From Kiritimatiellia bacterium (GTDB taxonomy: Bacteria; Verrucomicrobiota; Kiritimatiellia; RFP12; UBA1067): 64,000 bases of DNA. The notes below the pieces were generated by a model, which was not told the DNA's origin, did no database searches, and saw only the letters and a list, made by a program, of their open reading frames with translations. A program made the position numbers and the translations under genes. Where the stretch lies: NCBI GenBank assembly GCA_050949565.1, contig JBMNFY010000001.1, positions 32,001-96,000 on the forward strand, written 5' to 3'. Positions 19,926 through 29,231 of this stretch are shown here, in pieces (the stretch's first letter is position 1; the number at the start of each line of letters is the position of its first letter).

Positions 19926-20903
19926 ATGCCAACTCCTTCATACCTTTATTGCGTGATCACGGTCAGCATCCTGTGGACGCTCTGGTTCATCGCCCTCGGT
20001 TTGGAGCGCGGGTGGTTCCGCGACGTATGGCAGGGTTGGGCAACCTTGCCGCCTTCCACGAAGGCCATCATGGCCGTGTTATGCGTGTATTGCACGGTGA
20101 TCGCGCAGAAGCCGACCAACGTGAACAACTCCGCCGCGTCGCCGCACACCGGACAGCCGGCGGGCGGCGCGGTCGCTCAGCAACAACAGGCGCAGCCCGC
20201 CTCGCCCTCAACGCCGCCGCCCTTGCCCGCGACGCAGGGCGGACCGTCCGGCGTCCAGTCCGAACCCTCCCGCATCGTGCTCCAGGCCACACTCGCCGCC
20301 GACCCCGGAGTCGCGGCCGCGTTCAGCGGCGAGCCGGGCTGGAGCCTGCCCGCCGCCGTGCCCGCCACGCCCAGGCTCAACGCGCTCTCGTTCGCGGGCA
20401 ACGCGACGAACCCCGTCTCCCCCGTCTGCTTCTCCAATATCGCGGCGGTCACGGTCCAGACCCTCATGCTCGTGACGCGCGGGGACGCCGCCGACCTCGC
20501 CACGCTCGTTGACGCGCCGGAGACGGCGCGCCTGCGGCTCGTTTCCGACGGCAGCCGCCAGACGGAGCCGGGGGCGGCGGAGCTGTCGCTGACCCGGCAA
20601 TTCATCCCGCAGCAGTGGCAGGTTGTCGCCGTCGACTTCGAAAGTCCCGCCGATCTCACCGAAATGTTTTTCGGCGGCACAGCCGGACGCCCCGCCTGGA
20701 ATCGCGGCTGGCGGGGGGAGATCGCGGAGATCTTGGGGTTCAACACGCCGCCGGGCGCGGATGTCCGGGCGGGCGTGGCCAACTATCTCTCGATCCGCTG
20801 GGGTCTTGCCCCGCACCCCGCCTCGCCGGAGCAGCGCCGGGCTGCAATCGACGCGGGACTCAGCTACGGGCTTGTGTGGGGGTCGGTGCTTCTCCTAAAA
20901 TGA
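19926..20903 (+). CDS. exported protein with Pro/Ala/Gln linker and C-terminal LamG/ConA-like domain; first gene of the toxin-like locus
   Basis: Two N-terminal hydrophobic segments; WRGEIAEILGFN...VANYLSIRWGL is a LamG-type ending; terminal GSVLLLK. Confidence 0.7.
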   Translation: MPTPSYLYCVITVSILWTLWFIALGLERGWFRDVWQGWATLPPSTKAIMAVLCVYCTVIAQKPTNVNNSAASPHTGQPAGGAVAQQQQAQPASPSTPPPLPATQGGPSGVQSEPSRIVLQATLAADPGVAAAFSGEPGWSLPAAVPATPRLNALSFAGNATNPVSPVCFSNIAAVTVQTLMLVTRGDAADLATLVDAPETARLRLVSDGSRQTEPGAAELSLTRQFIPQQWQVVAVDFESPADLTEMFFGGTAGRPAWNRGWRGEIAEILGFNTPPGADVRAGVANYLSIRWGLAPHPASPEQRRAAIDAGLSYGLVWGSVLLLK

Positions 20904-20913
20904 GTGCGATGAC

Positions 20914-23025
20914 GTGAAAACCATGCTTCCAATCTGTTGCGCAGCGGCCGGTTTGCTGGCCGCGGTCTTGCCGGGGCGGGCCGCCCTTCCCCAGTGGTAT
21001 CAGGACGCGGGGCTGCCCGCGGCGGACACCGACGGCGACGGCATCCCCGACGCCTGGGAGCGGAGGACGTTCAGCGACCCGGCCGTCGCGGACTCCCACC
21101 TCGACCGGGACGGCGACGGGCTGACCGACCTGGAGGAGTTTGCCTTCGGCTCCGACCCGCGCACCTTCTCGACCATGGGCGACGGCTGGTCGGACCTCGA
21201 GAAGCGCGGCGCGGGGCTGGACGCCGCCTTCCGGGTCGTGCCGACGGTCAGCCACGCCCAGTGGCTGGCGTGGCTGGGCTGGGACGCGCAGACGTGGCAG
21301 AGGCTGACCGCCACCGACACGGAGGGGTTTGTCGTGGTCTATGGGGGATTCGTCTACAACACGCCGCCCTACTCGGAAGAGGCGGGCACCGTGGACTTCT
21401 GGCTGGAGACGCGCACCGACCGGCCCGCGTGGCTCACGGTGGGCGACGCGCTCACGACCAACAGCTTCCCGGTCCGGGCCGGGACCGGCCGCGTGCGCCT
21501 CCGGGTTGTCTACGGCGGGCCGGTCACGCTCACGCTCGACCCCCTGCCCGGAACGCTCGCGGATCTCCCCGGCGCGACCAACGGGCTGTGGCTCTGCGAA
21601 ATGTCGGTCCTCCCGGCGCACGCCAACACCGTCGTCTTCACGGTCGGCCAGACGCCGCCGCCCCCGCCCGGCAACCCGGACAGCGTGAACGGCCTCCTCC
21701 TGCTCGCGCCGCCGCCCGTCGGTCCCGTCCGCCCTCTGGATACACCGGCCCCGTCCGTCACGGCCCAGCCCCTGCGCATGACGGACGGCACAGTGTTCCT
21801 GGGCGGGAGCGGCTGGTACTGCCTGCGCGATAACTCCGCGTGCGCCTGGCCGGATTACGCGATGCTCGGTTGCGATCCGGTCAGCATGGAGATGTGCGGC
21901 GTCTCGGGCGACACCCCGCTTATCTCCAGAGAGGACGCGCTGGAGATTTTCATGGCGCGGCAACCCAGCATCCAATGCACGATAACCCAGCCCGTGGTGA
22001 ATGTGACCTACCCCTTCCTGCACGGCAGGGTCATCTTCCGGGTCAGGCTGTGCGAGGCCGTCGGCGGGGTCTTCGGCGCGGAACAAACCGACGGGCACGA
22101 GCCGAGCTACGAAAGCCCGTCCCGCTGCACCGGGATCGGATGCGGCTGCAAGGACGGGCCGCGCTGGGACATCGGCTTCAGCCACTCCGCCGTCAACACC
22201 CGCAACATCTTTCCCCGCATCGGGCCCGACAAGACCGACTCCCCACCCACCGAGCACTGCCTCGGCGTGGTCTGGAGCCCCGGCGGAAAGATCAGCCTCT
22301 TCGGCCTGCTGCACTACGGCTACCTGTACCTGCCCGACACTAACGTGCTGAGCTTCACCTCCGACAACCTGACGGTCAACGGAAAAGGCGAACTGCTGTT
22401 CGGCGACAGGCCGGAAGACTTGAAGCCCGCCATTTCGCTGGTCAAGCTGCACTACAAGCCCGATTCCGAAACAGACGTTATTTTCGACAAACTCTGGGTG
22501 GTGGTCAATGCGCCAGAAACAAAAACGGAGTTCGATGGCTGGTATGCGCGAAACGCCGACATCAGTTGGACGACGAACCTGCCGCGCCCGTTCGCCAGCA
22601 TAGCCCTCGCGACGAATGCTGCGGGAAAAGTCATCGGCCCTGTCGATCCGGAGCCTGCCGCCCCGAACCGGTGGGGAAAGCCGCATCCCATCAATTCCTA
22701 TCTCCACCATGACGCGAAGTACGAGATGCGTTCAAGGCCATCCGGCAAGCATGGGCACCAGGCGATGTATGACGACCAAGGACAACTCATTACTGCTCCG
22801 ATCGCGGCAGGGACAGCCGACCTGTACGCACCATTCGATTCACTGGGGATACCCTCGTCAGCAAAAAGCCACAGAGATCAAGATGTTTATCCGTTCATCC
22901 GCGCTTTGCAACTTGATGGCAATCCGGTGCTGTCCACGGACATCAACCGCAATCTCAACCGCCCCTGCATTTACGTGGGGCCCAACACAGACAAGTACGT
23001 CAAAAGACGCCCTGTTCTGCCATAG
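20914..23025 (+). CDS. secreted protein with DxDGDG Ca-binding repeats and variable C-terminal AMOP-like tip (putative polymorphic toxin/adhesin)
   Basis: Signal peptide; DTDGDGIPDAWE / DRDGDGLTDLEE; the tip is repeated as orphans downstream. Confidence 0.75.
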   Translation: MKTMLPICCAAAGLLAAVLPGRAALPQWYQDAGLPAADTDGDGIPDAWERRTFSDPAVADSHLDRDGDGLTDLEEFAFGSDPRTFSTMGDGWSDLEKRGAGLDAAFRVVPTVSHAQWLAWLGWDAQTWQRLTATDTEGFVVVYGGFVYNTPPYSEEAGTVDFWLETRTDRPAWLTVGDALTTNSFPVRAGTGRVRLRVVYGGPVTLTLDPLPGTLADLPGATNGLWLCEMSVLPAHANTVVFTVGQTPPPPPGNPDSVNGLLLLAPPPVGPVRPLDTPAPSVTAQPLRMTDGTVFLGGSGWYCLRDNSACAWPDYAMLGCDPVSMEMCGVSGDTPLISREDALEIFMARQPSIQCTITQPVVNVTYPFLHGRVIFRVRLCEAVGGVFGAEQTDGHEPSYESPSRCTGIGCGCKDGPRWDIGFSHSAVNTRNIFPRIGPDKTDSPPTEHCLGVVWSPGGKISLFGLLHYGYLYLPDTNVLSFTSDNLTVNGKGELLFGDRPEDLKPAISLVKLHYKPDSETDVIFDKLWVVVNAPETKTEFDGWYARNADISWTTNLPRPFASIALATNAAGKVIGPVDPEPAAPNRWGKPHPINSYLHHDAKYEMRSRPSGKHGHQAMYDDQGQLITAPIAAGTADLYAPFDSLGIPSSAKSHRDQDVYPFIRALQLDGNPVLSTDINRNLNRPCIYVGPNTDKYVKRRPVLP

Positions 23026-23037
23026 GGGAATACTGAC

Positions 23038-23781
23038 ATGAAAACGAAATTCGTTTTAATTACCGTTATGCTTTGTGCTTGCCATTGCGCCGGGCAGAGC
23101 AACGTCGTTTACTACGGGACGAACGCAAGCCCGATCAGTCTCGCGTTTGCTGACACCAATCTTTCCGAATCGGCTAAGTCGGCGATCACGGCTGATTTGC
23201 GGGTGTGTTTGAGCGAGTGGGGAAAGAAAAGCGAGTTGTATATGCGCAACAAAGGCGAATCCATTGGTTACTTATACAACTTCAAAAGCAGTCCTCATTA
23301 CCCGGAAGACATAGGTTTCCCTCGAGAAATCGTAAACGGCGCATCAGGTTTGGCTCTGCATATCCCCAAAAACCTCAGCGACGCCTACACCAACGCCTTC
23401 GCGTTCGCCGCCGCGAACTCCAACATCGTGGCTGCAGCCTATGAGTTCGTAGCGTTCGTCTCCTCAACCAATTTTTTAAGCGTCACCTCCAACCAAATAG
23501 CAAATTACTTCCTGTTCAACCAAGCCACACCGCAGTTATATCAGTTGGCGTTCCACGACCTGACAAATTCCGTTCATGGGTCATCCTACTATCCGCCGAG
23601 CGTTCTCGGCTTCCACTACAGTCCAGAAGGGCCGACGCCGACCAATCTGTGGCTCTACATCCCCTCGTCATCCCCTGTGTGCGGATATATCGAATGGGGG
23701 CCGGTCACCGCTATCTGGCATGACGGAAAGTGGAAATTCAGCATTTGGGAAAAGAATCCGCATTATGAGCTACCGCAATGA
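23038..23781 (+). CDS. signal-peptide partner/immunity-like protein, paralog 1
   Basis: Immediately follows the tip; shares DAYTNAFAFAAANSNIVAAAYEF and YYPPS.L.F.YS..GP...NLW with paralogs 2 and 3. Confidence 0.8.
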   Translation: MKTKFVLITVMLCACHCAGQSNVVYYGTNASPISLAFADTNLSESAKSAITADLRVCLSEWGKKSELYMRNKGESIGYLYNFKSSPHYPEDIGFPREIVNGASGLALHIPKNLSDAYTNAFAFAAANSNIVAAAYEFVAFVSSTNFLSVTSNQIANYFLFNQATPQLYQLAFHDLTNSVHGSSYYPPSVLGFHYSPEGPTPTNLWLYIPSSSPVCGYIEWGPVTAIWHDGKWKFSIWEKNPHYELPQ

Positions 23782-23793
23782 CTCAAGAGCACA

Positions 23794-24138
23794 TATTTGC
23801 ACCATGACGCGAAGTACGAGATGCGCTCAAACCCCACGTCCGCCGGGCATGGTCATCAGGCGATGTACGATGTGCATGGCGTGCTGATTGAAACTCCCAT
23901 CGCGGCAGGAAGTGCCGACTTTTTTGCCCCTTTTAACTCAATTGGCACGGCTCGGTTGAGTAATAAGCATTTGAAACAAGATGTCCAACCGTTTCTTAGA
24001 GCGTTGCAACTCGATGGCAATCCGGTGCTTCCCAGAGACATCAACCGCAATCTCAACCGCCCCTGCATCTACATGGGGTCAAACACAGACAAGTACATCG
24101 AAAAACGCCCCGTTTTACCCACAGGAACACAGCCATGA
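23794..24138 (+). pseudogene. orphan C-terminal tip module 1 (no signal peptide, no clear start)
   Basis: YLHHDAKYEMRS...GHQAMYD...AAGSAD...RPVLPTGTQP, homologous to the last ~108 aa of 20914-23025; its stop overlaps the next ATG. Confidence 0.85.
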
Positions 24139-24908
24139 AAATCAAAAAAACAGTTCGTCCTTTGATCCTCTCTGCCTTCGTGTTATTGCAGGTTACGCTA
24201 TGTCGCGGACAGAGTAACGTCGTTTACTACGGGGCGCACTCGAACGCGATACACGTCTCATTCGTTGACACCAGCCTCTCCATGTCAGCGCAGGCTTCCA
24301 TTACGGCTGATCTACGGATGTGCCTGAGTGAATGGGGAAAAACATCGGAGTTTGATTTGGGCCCTTATGAGCTCGGAGTGATCGGATATTTATACAATCC
24401 AGATAAAAGCCCGCACTATCCAGAGAACATCAGGTTCCCTCGAAAACTTGTTACAAACGACGTATCAGACTTGACTCTGCAGATTCCCAAGGCACTCAGC
24501 GACGCCTACACCAACGCCTTCGCGTTCGCCGCCGCCAACTCTAACATCGTGGCCGCGGCCTATGAGTTTGTGGCATTCGTCTCGTCAACCAATTTCCCTG
24601 GCATTTCGTCAAACGCTTTGCCCAATTATATCATGTTTAAGAATGCCCTTCCGGATGCAAATGCTGAATCCAACGCGATCGTCAATCTTGCCCCGCAAAT
24701 CATACCGGACCTGTGTGACCAGACGTATTATCCGCCAAGCATTCTCGGGTTCACATACAGCTCCGATGGGCCAGCGGCCACCAATTTGTGGATGCAGGTC
24801 CCCAATTCAAGCCCATCGGCAGGAGGGGGTAAGGATTGGGGCAAGACCACGGTTCTCTGGCATGAAAACAAGTGGCGGTTCTGTGTCTGGCTTGATTGGG
24901 TGCCGTGA
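24135..24908 (+). CDS. signal-peptide partner/immunity-like protein, paralog 2
   Basis: Homologous to 23038-23781; ATGA overlap with orphan tip 1. Confidence 0.8.
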   Translation: MKIKKTVRPLILSAFVLLQVTLCRGQSNVVYYGAHSNAIHVSFVDTSLSMSAQASITADLRMCLSEWGKTSEFDLGPYELGVIGYLYNPDKSPHYPENIRFPRKLVTNDVSDLTLQIPKALSDAYTNAFAFAAANSNIVAAAYEFVAFVSSTNFPGISSNALPNYIMFKNALPDANAESNAIVNLAPQIIPDLCDQTYYPPSILGFTYSSDGPAATNLWMQVPNSSPSAGGGKDWGKTTVLWHENKWRFCVWLDWVP

Positions 24909-24918
24909 TGATGAAGCC

Positions 24919-25673
24919 ATGAAAATCAAAAAAACCGTTAGTCCTTCCATCCTCTTCGTGTCCGTGTTGTTACTGGTCAATCAGTGTCACGGACAGAGCA
25001 ATGTCATTTACTATGGAGCGAACTCAAACGCACTAAGCCTTGCGTTTGCGGATACCAATCTTTCCGAATCGGCTAAATCGGCTATTACAGAGGATTTACG
25101 AGTGTGCTTGAGCGAGTGGGGGAAACAAAGCGAGTTGTATATGCGCAACAAAGGCGAATCCATTGGTTACTTGTACAACTTCAAAAGTAGCCCTCATTAC
25201 CCAGAAGATATCACATTCCCACGGGAAATCGTATCAAACGGCGTGTCAGGCTTGGCTCTGCAGATTCCCAAGGCACTTAGCGACGCTTACACCAACGCCT
25301 TCGCGTTCGCCGCCGCGAACTCAAACATCGTGGCTGCGGCTTATGAATTTGCAGCATATCTATCCTCAACAAACTTTTATACGATTACGTCCAATGAGAT
25401 TGTGAATGTCGTTCTCGTCAAAAACGCGACTCCCGACATGTATCTGCTGTCATTCGCTGACACGACAAATTCTCTGCGCAAGCAAACATATTATCCGCCC
25501 AGTCTGCTCAGCTTCAACTATAGCCCGAACGGTCCCGCTGTCTCCAATCTTTGGATGGAAATCCCCTGTTCAAACCCGGCCCCGCGGGGGGGAGCGTAAC
25601 GTGGAATGCCTTCCCATCCATCTGGCATGACAACAAATGGAAGATCGGCATCTGGGATAATTGGGGGCGGTGA
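24919..25673 (+). pseudogene. partner/immunity-like paralog 3, frameshifted at a G7 tract
   Basis: Start MKIKKTVSPS at 24919; stops at 25599. Adding one G to 25586-25592 restores SVTWNAFPSIWHDNKWKIGIWDNWGR*, matching the paralog C-termini. Confidence 0.8.
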
Positions 25674-25682
25674 GAACGCAAA

Positions 25683-26021
25683 AACTCTTTCCTCCATCAT
25701 AACGCGAAGTACGAGATGCGTTCAAGGCCATCCGGCAAGCACGGGCATCAGGCGATGTATGACGACCAAGGACAACTCATTACTGCTCCGATCGCAGCAG
25801 GGACAGCCGACCTGTACGCACCATACGATCCACGGGGGATACCCTCGTCAGCAAGAAATCACAGAGAACAAGATGTTTATCCGTTCATCCGCGCCTTGCA
25901 ACTTGACGGCAATCCGGTGCTCCCTCGAGACATCAACCGCAATCTCACCCGCCCCTGCATCTACGTGGGACCCAACACGGACAAGTACATCGAAAAACGC
26001 CCCGTTTTACCCAATTTATAG
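25683..26021 (+). pseudogene. orphan C-terminal tip module 2
   Basis: NSFLHHNAKYEMRSRPSGKHGHQAMYD...RPVLP; no downstream partner gene. Confidence 0.85.
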
Positions 26022-26128
26022 GCAAGGGTTTGTGATTTGCGATTTGGGAATTGGGAACTCGTCCTTGTCAACGCAAGGCATGATCGTTTAGAATGGCCCG
26101 CATTAAGGAAATAGGAAGGAATTCAGCT

Positions 26129-26812
26129 ATGAAGAAGCGCATTGTCACGTGTCCGGAGTGTGAGGTGAAGTTGTCGGTCTTTGACTTCGGCAAGCCCATC
26201 AACCAGAAGTGCCCCAAGTGTAGCAAAACCTTCGTCATCGAATCCGAAGAGAAAGATGAGACGGAGAAGGCCGATGACAAGGCCGACGCGGCTAAGCCCG
26301 CGGGCGATGACGAGAAAAAAGCTGAGACTTCGACTGACGACGCCACGAAGGCTGGTGCGACCGTGAAGGCTGCGGAGGACAAGGGCAAGGAAGACAAGAA
26401 AGAGGACAAGGCGTCTAAGGACAAGCCCGCCGACAAGTCGGAAAAGAAAGACGCCTCTGAGAAAAAATCAGACGAAGCCAAAACGTCGGATAAGGATAAA
26501 GCGTTAGACAAAGACAAGACGTCAGACAAGGCATCGGACAAAAAAGAACCCGCTGCCAAGGACAAAGAGATTACACCCAAGAAATCGGCTGCGCCTGCTG
26601 GCGGAATTGACAAGCCGGCAGCCTCATCGACGGATTTGGACGACGTGGAGTTGCATGCTGCCCCTGGACCGTCGCCGCTCTTCTCGATGATCATGCTCGG
26701 CGGTTTGATTCTGTTAATCGTGATGCAGGTCATGATGAAGACGCGTGCGGACAGGCAGTACAAGACGCTGATCGAGCACTTGCAGTACATCGAAAAGAAT
26801 TTGATTAAGTGA
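26129..26812 (+). CDS. zinc-ribbon protein with Lys/Asp/Ala-rich disordered linker and C-terminal TM helix
   Basis: CPEC...CPKC, DK-rich tract, hydrophobic MIMLGGLILLIVMQV. Confidence 0.75.
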   Translation: MKKRIVTCPECEVKLSVFDFGKPINQKCPKCSKTFVIESEEKDETEKADDKADAAKPAGDDEKKAETSTDDATKAGATVKAAEDKGKEDKKEDKASKDKPADKSEKKDASEKKSDEAKTSDKDKALDKDKTSDKASDKKEPAAKDKEITPKKSAAPAGGIDKPAASSTDLDDVELHAAPGPSPLFSMIMLGGLILLIVMQVMMKTRADRQYKTLIEHLQYIEKNLIK

Positions 26813-26846
26813 GAAACGCAGGCCAACACGAAGGGGGAACGTGCTG

Positions 26847-27104
26847 ATGGACACCGCGACGGTTGAGTCCAAACTTAAAGAGATGATTGTCGAGCGCCTG
26901 TTTCTGAATGTGGCGCCCGAGGCGATTGTGACAGACGCGTCGTTGATTGATGCGTACGGCGTGGATTCGGTCTGCCTGTTGGAGTTGGTTGTCGGCCTCG
27001 AAGAGGCGTTCGGCATTGTGATCGAAGACAGCGACTTTGACGTGCGGAACTTCATTTCGGTGGCCGCGCTGCGCGATTTCGTGCTGGCGCGTCTGCCGGC
27101 CTGA
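26847..27104 (+). CDS. acyl carrier protein
   Basis: GVDSV phosphopantetheine motif, LEEAFGIVIED, ~85 aa and acidic. Confidence 0.9.
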   Translation: MDTATVESKLKEMIVERLFLNVAPEAIVTDASLIDAYGVDSVCLLELVVGLEEAFGIVIEDSDFDVRNFISVAALRDFVLARLPA

Positions 27105-27124
27105 TTCGGCGGGGCAGGCCATCG

Positions 27125-27535
27125 ATGCGCCATCACCGTGTCGAAAAATGGGAAAGCCGGCTGGACGAACTTCTCAAGCAGGTTGACCACGCACTTGAGG
27201 ATGAGTATGGGCACCTGTTCGCCGTGCATCCCGCACGTCCGCAAAGGGGAGTGACCGCGAACCCTCAGCACGATGGACTGTTTCGTGTCACGGCCAGTTT
27301 CAGTCCCGGTTTCGGTTCGGAATTGGGTAGGGGGTATGTGTTGCAACTCGATCTGGTGACCCTTGAAAAGGTACCGCAGGCGAAGCTTGAACGCATACAG
27401 AAAAAGGCCGTCAGTTTGATCCAGGACGGCTTGGAGCGCGTGTTGCCCGGGCGCGGTTTGAAGGTGCAGCGCGATGGCAACGTGTGGAAGATCGTCGGCG
27501 ACCTGTCGCTCAAACCGATACGCGCCGAAAGTTGA
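27125..27535 (+). CDS. hypothetical protein
   Basis: Co-oriented 136-aa ORF with host-like codon usage. Confidence 0.65.
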   Translation: MRHHRVEKWESRLDELLKQVDHALEDEYGHLFAVHPARPQRGVTANPQHDGLFRVTASFSPGFGSELGRGYVLQLDLVTLEKVPQAKLERIQKKAVSLIQDGLERVLPGRGLKVQRDGNVWKIVGDLSLKPIRAES

Positions 27536-27571
27536 ATTGAGAGGCTCTTGCAAAATTCCTTGGTTGCAGAT

Positions 27572-27623
27572 GTGGCACGGGCATCTTGCCCGTGGTGTTT
27601 CATGGGCGGGACGCCCATGTCAC
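27572..27623. repeat. REP doublet (inverted copy of 4287-4335 family)
   Basis: gtggcacgggcatcttgcccgtg...catgggcgggacgcccatgtcac. Confidence 0.85.
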
Positions 27624-27657
27624 GAATGAGTCGTAAACCTGTTTTGCGAGATTTGAT

Positions 27658-29157
27658 ATGGATGCTGAAACGGCGGTCACCTTATCACAATCGGTCGGTT
27701 ACGGAACTCTAGTCCATGCGGTGCTGTGGCTAGCGGTTTGTCTGCACCTGCTGCTGAAGCCCCGCGATGCGCGCACATCGCTGCTCTGGATCCTCTTTAC
27801 CAGTATCTTCCCGATTTTCGGGGCGATTGCGTATGTCATGTTCGGGATCAATACGGTGCCGAGCAAGAGCTGGCAGAAGCAGCATTCGGACACGAAGTTC
27901 CAGAGACGCCAACGTCTCGGCGGTAGTACGCATCCGCTGGCTTCGATGTACGCCCGGCGCAACGCATCGCGCGCGACGCTGGACGACCGTGTGCTGGCGC
28001 CGTTCAATAACATACTCGACTACCTGTGCGCCAACCATCCGCTGTTGGGCGACAATGACATCCAGTTGTTGGAGCCCGCTGAACTGGCGTTGGAGGCGAT
28101 GTTTCTGTCCATCCGCGAGGCGCGCCACCACATCCATATTTCGACCTACATCTTCAATGACGATGCGGTTGGAAAACGGTTGATGGATCTGTTGGTTGAA
28201 AAAGCGCGGGAGGGCGTTCAGGTCCGTGTGTTGTATGATGCGTTCGGATCCGCCGGCGCGAACCTCCGGCGGTTTTTCTGGCGTTATCGCCGTGAGCCCA
28301 ATCTGGAGATTGTCGGCTTTTCACAGGCCAATGTGCTGAAGCGCAAATTCCAGATCAGCCTGCGCAGCCATCGCAAGATTCTGGTGGTCGACGGTACCGT
28401 CGCCTACACGGGCGGCATCAATTTCCATGATTCCTATCTTGCAAAGGGCGACCGTCCCGGCATACTTGACTATCACTTCCGCGTTCTGGGACCGGCTGTG
28501 CTCGAATTGCAGTACACCTTCATGCGTGACTGGTTTTACATGACCGAGCAGTCTGCCGAGCGGTTGTTGTCGGAATGTTATTTCCCAGAGCCGGCGGTGG
28601 CGGGTAAGATGGCTGTGCGTCTGCTGAACAGCGGCCCCACACGCGGAGAGTCTGCGGCGGCCATGAACGCCTTTTTCGCGGCGATCAATCTGGCGCGCCA
28701 TCAGGTGATGATCCTGTCGCCCTATTTTGTTCCTCCCGAAGCGCTGGTTCTCGCGTTGCGTCAGGCCGCTTTTCGCGGGGTCGATGTCAAGGTTCTGGTG
28801 CCGTCTGTCAACAACCATCCGACCGTGCAGTTTGCATCACAGGCGCTGTACGCGGAACTGCTGGTTGCCGGTGTGCGGATTTTCGAGCGGGCACCGCCCT
28901 TCATCCATGCGAAAGCCGCCGTTATCGACGACACCGTATCGATCATCGGTAGTGCGAACTTCGATCCGCGCAGCCTGTACCTCAACTACGAAACCAATCT
29001 CGTCGTCTGCGACGACGCCTGTGCCGCGCACGTCAAGGCCGCCATCCTTCGAGATTTGTCGCAGTCGGTTGAGATCTACCACGCCGATTGGCGGCGCCGG
29101 CCCGTGTGGCGCAAGTTCCTCGAGAACTTCTTCAACCTGTTCCATCCGATCGCTTAG
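27658..29157 (+). CDS. cls: cardiolipin synthase (PLD family)
   Basis: Two N-terminal TM helices; HRKILVVD and HAKAAVID HKD motifs; GSANFDPRS. Confidence 0.9.
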   Translation: MDAETAVTLSQSVGYGTLVHAVLWLAVCLHLLLKPRDARTSLLWILFTSIFPIFGAIAYVMFGINTVPSKSWQKQHSDTKFQRRQRLGGSTHPLASMYARRNASRATLDDRVLAPFNNILDYLCANHPLLGDNDIQLLEPAELALEAMFLSIREARHHIHISTYIFNDDAVGKRLMDLLVEKAREGVQVRVLYDAFGSAGANLRRFFWRYRREPNLEIVGFSQANVLKRKFQISLRSHRKILVVDGTVAYTGGINFHDSYLAKGDRPGILDYHFRVLGPAVLELQYTFMRDWFYMTEQSAERLLSECYFPEPAVAGKMAVRLLNSGPTRGESAAAMNAFFAAINLARHQVMILSPYFVPPEALVLALRQAAFRGVDVKVLVPSVNNHPTVQFASQALYAELLVAGVRIFERAPPFIHAKAAVIDDTVSIIGSANFDPRSLYLNYETNLVVCDDACAAHVKAAILRDLSQSVEIYHADWRRRPVWRKFLENFFNLFHPIA

Positions 29158-29231
29158 CGAGGATGTGATGTCATTGCTTCCCTCAAATACGACGTGTATA
29201 ATGGGGTACGCTTAGAGAGGAGAGGGTCAAG

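Noticed and set aside
20860-22710. 616-aa antisense ORF (and similar long shadow ORFs such as 48913-50523 and 62297-63571)
   Set aside because: These are expected shadows of high-GC coding strands and show no recognisable motifs.
22705-26021. Diversity-generating retroelement (TR/VR pairs)
   Set aside because: Differences between tip copies are not adenine-specific (e.g. tca/cca, ctg/cgg) and there is no reverse transcriptase in the window.
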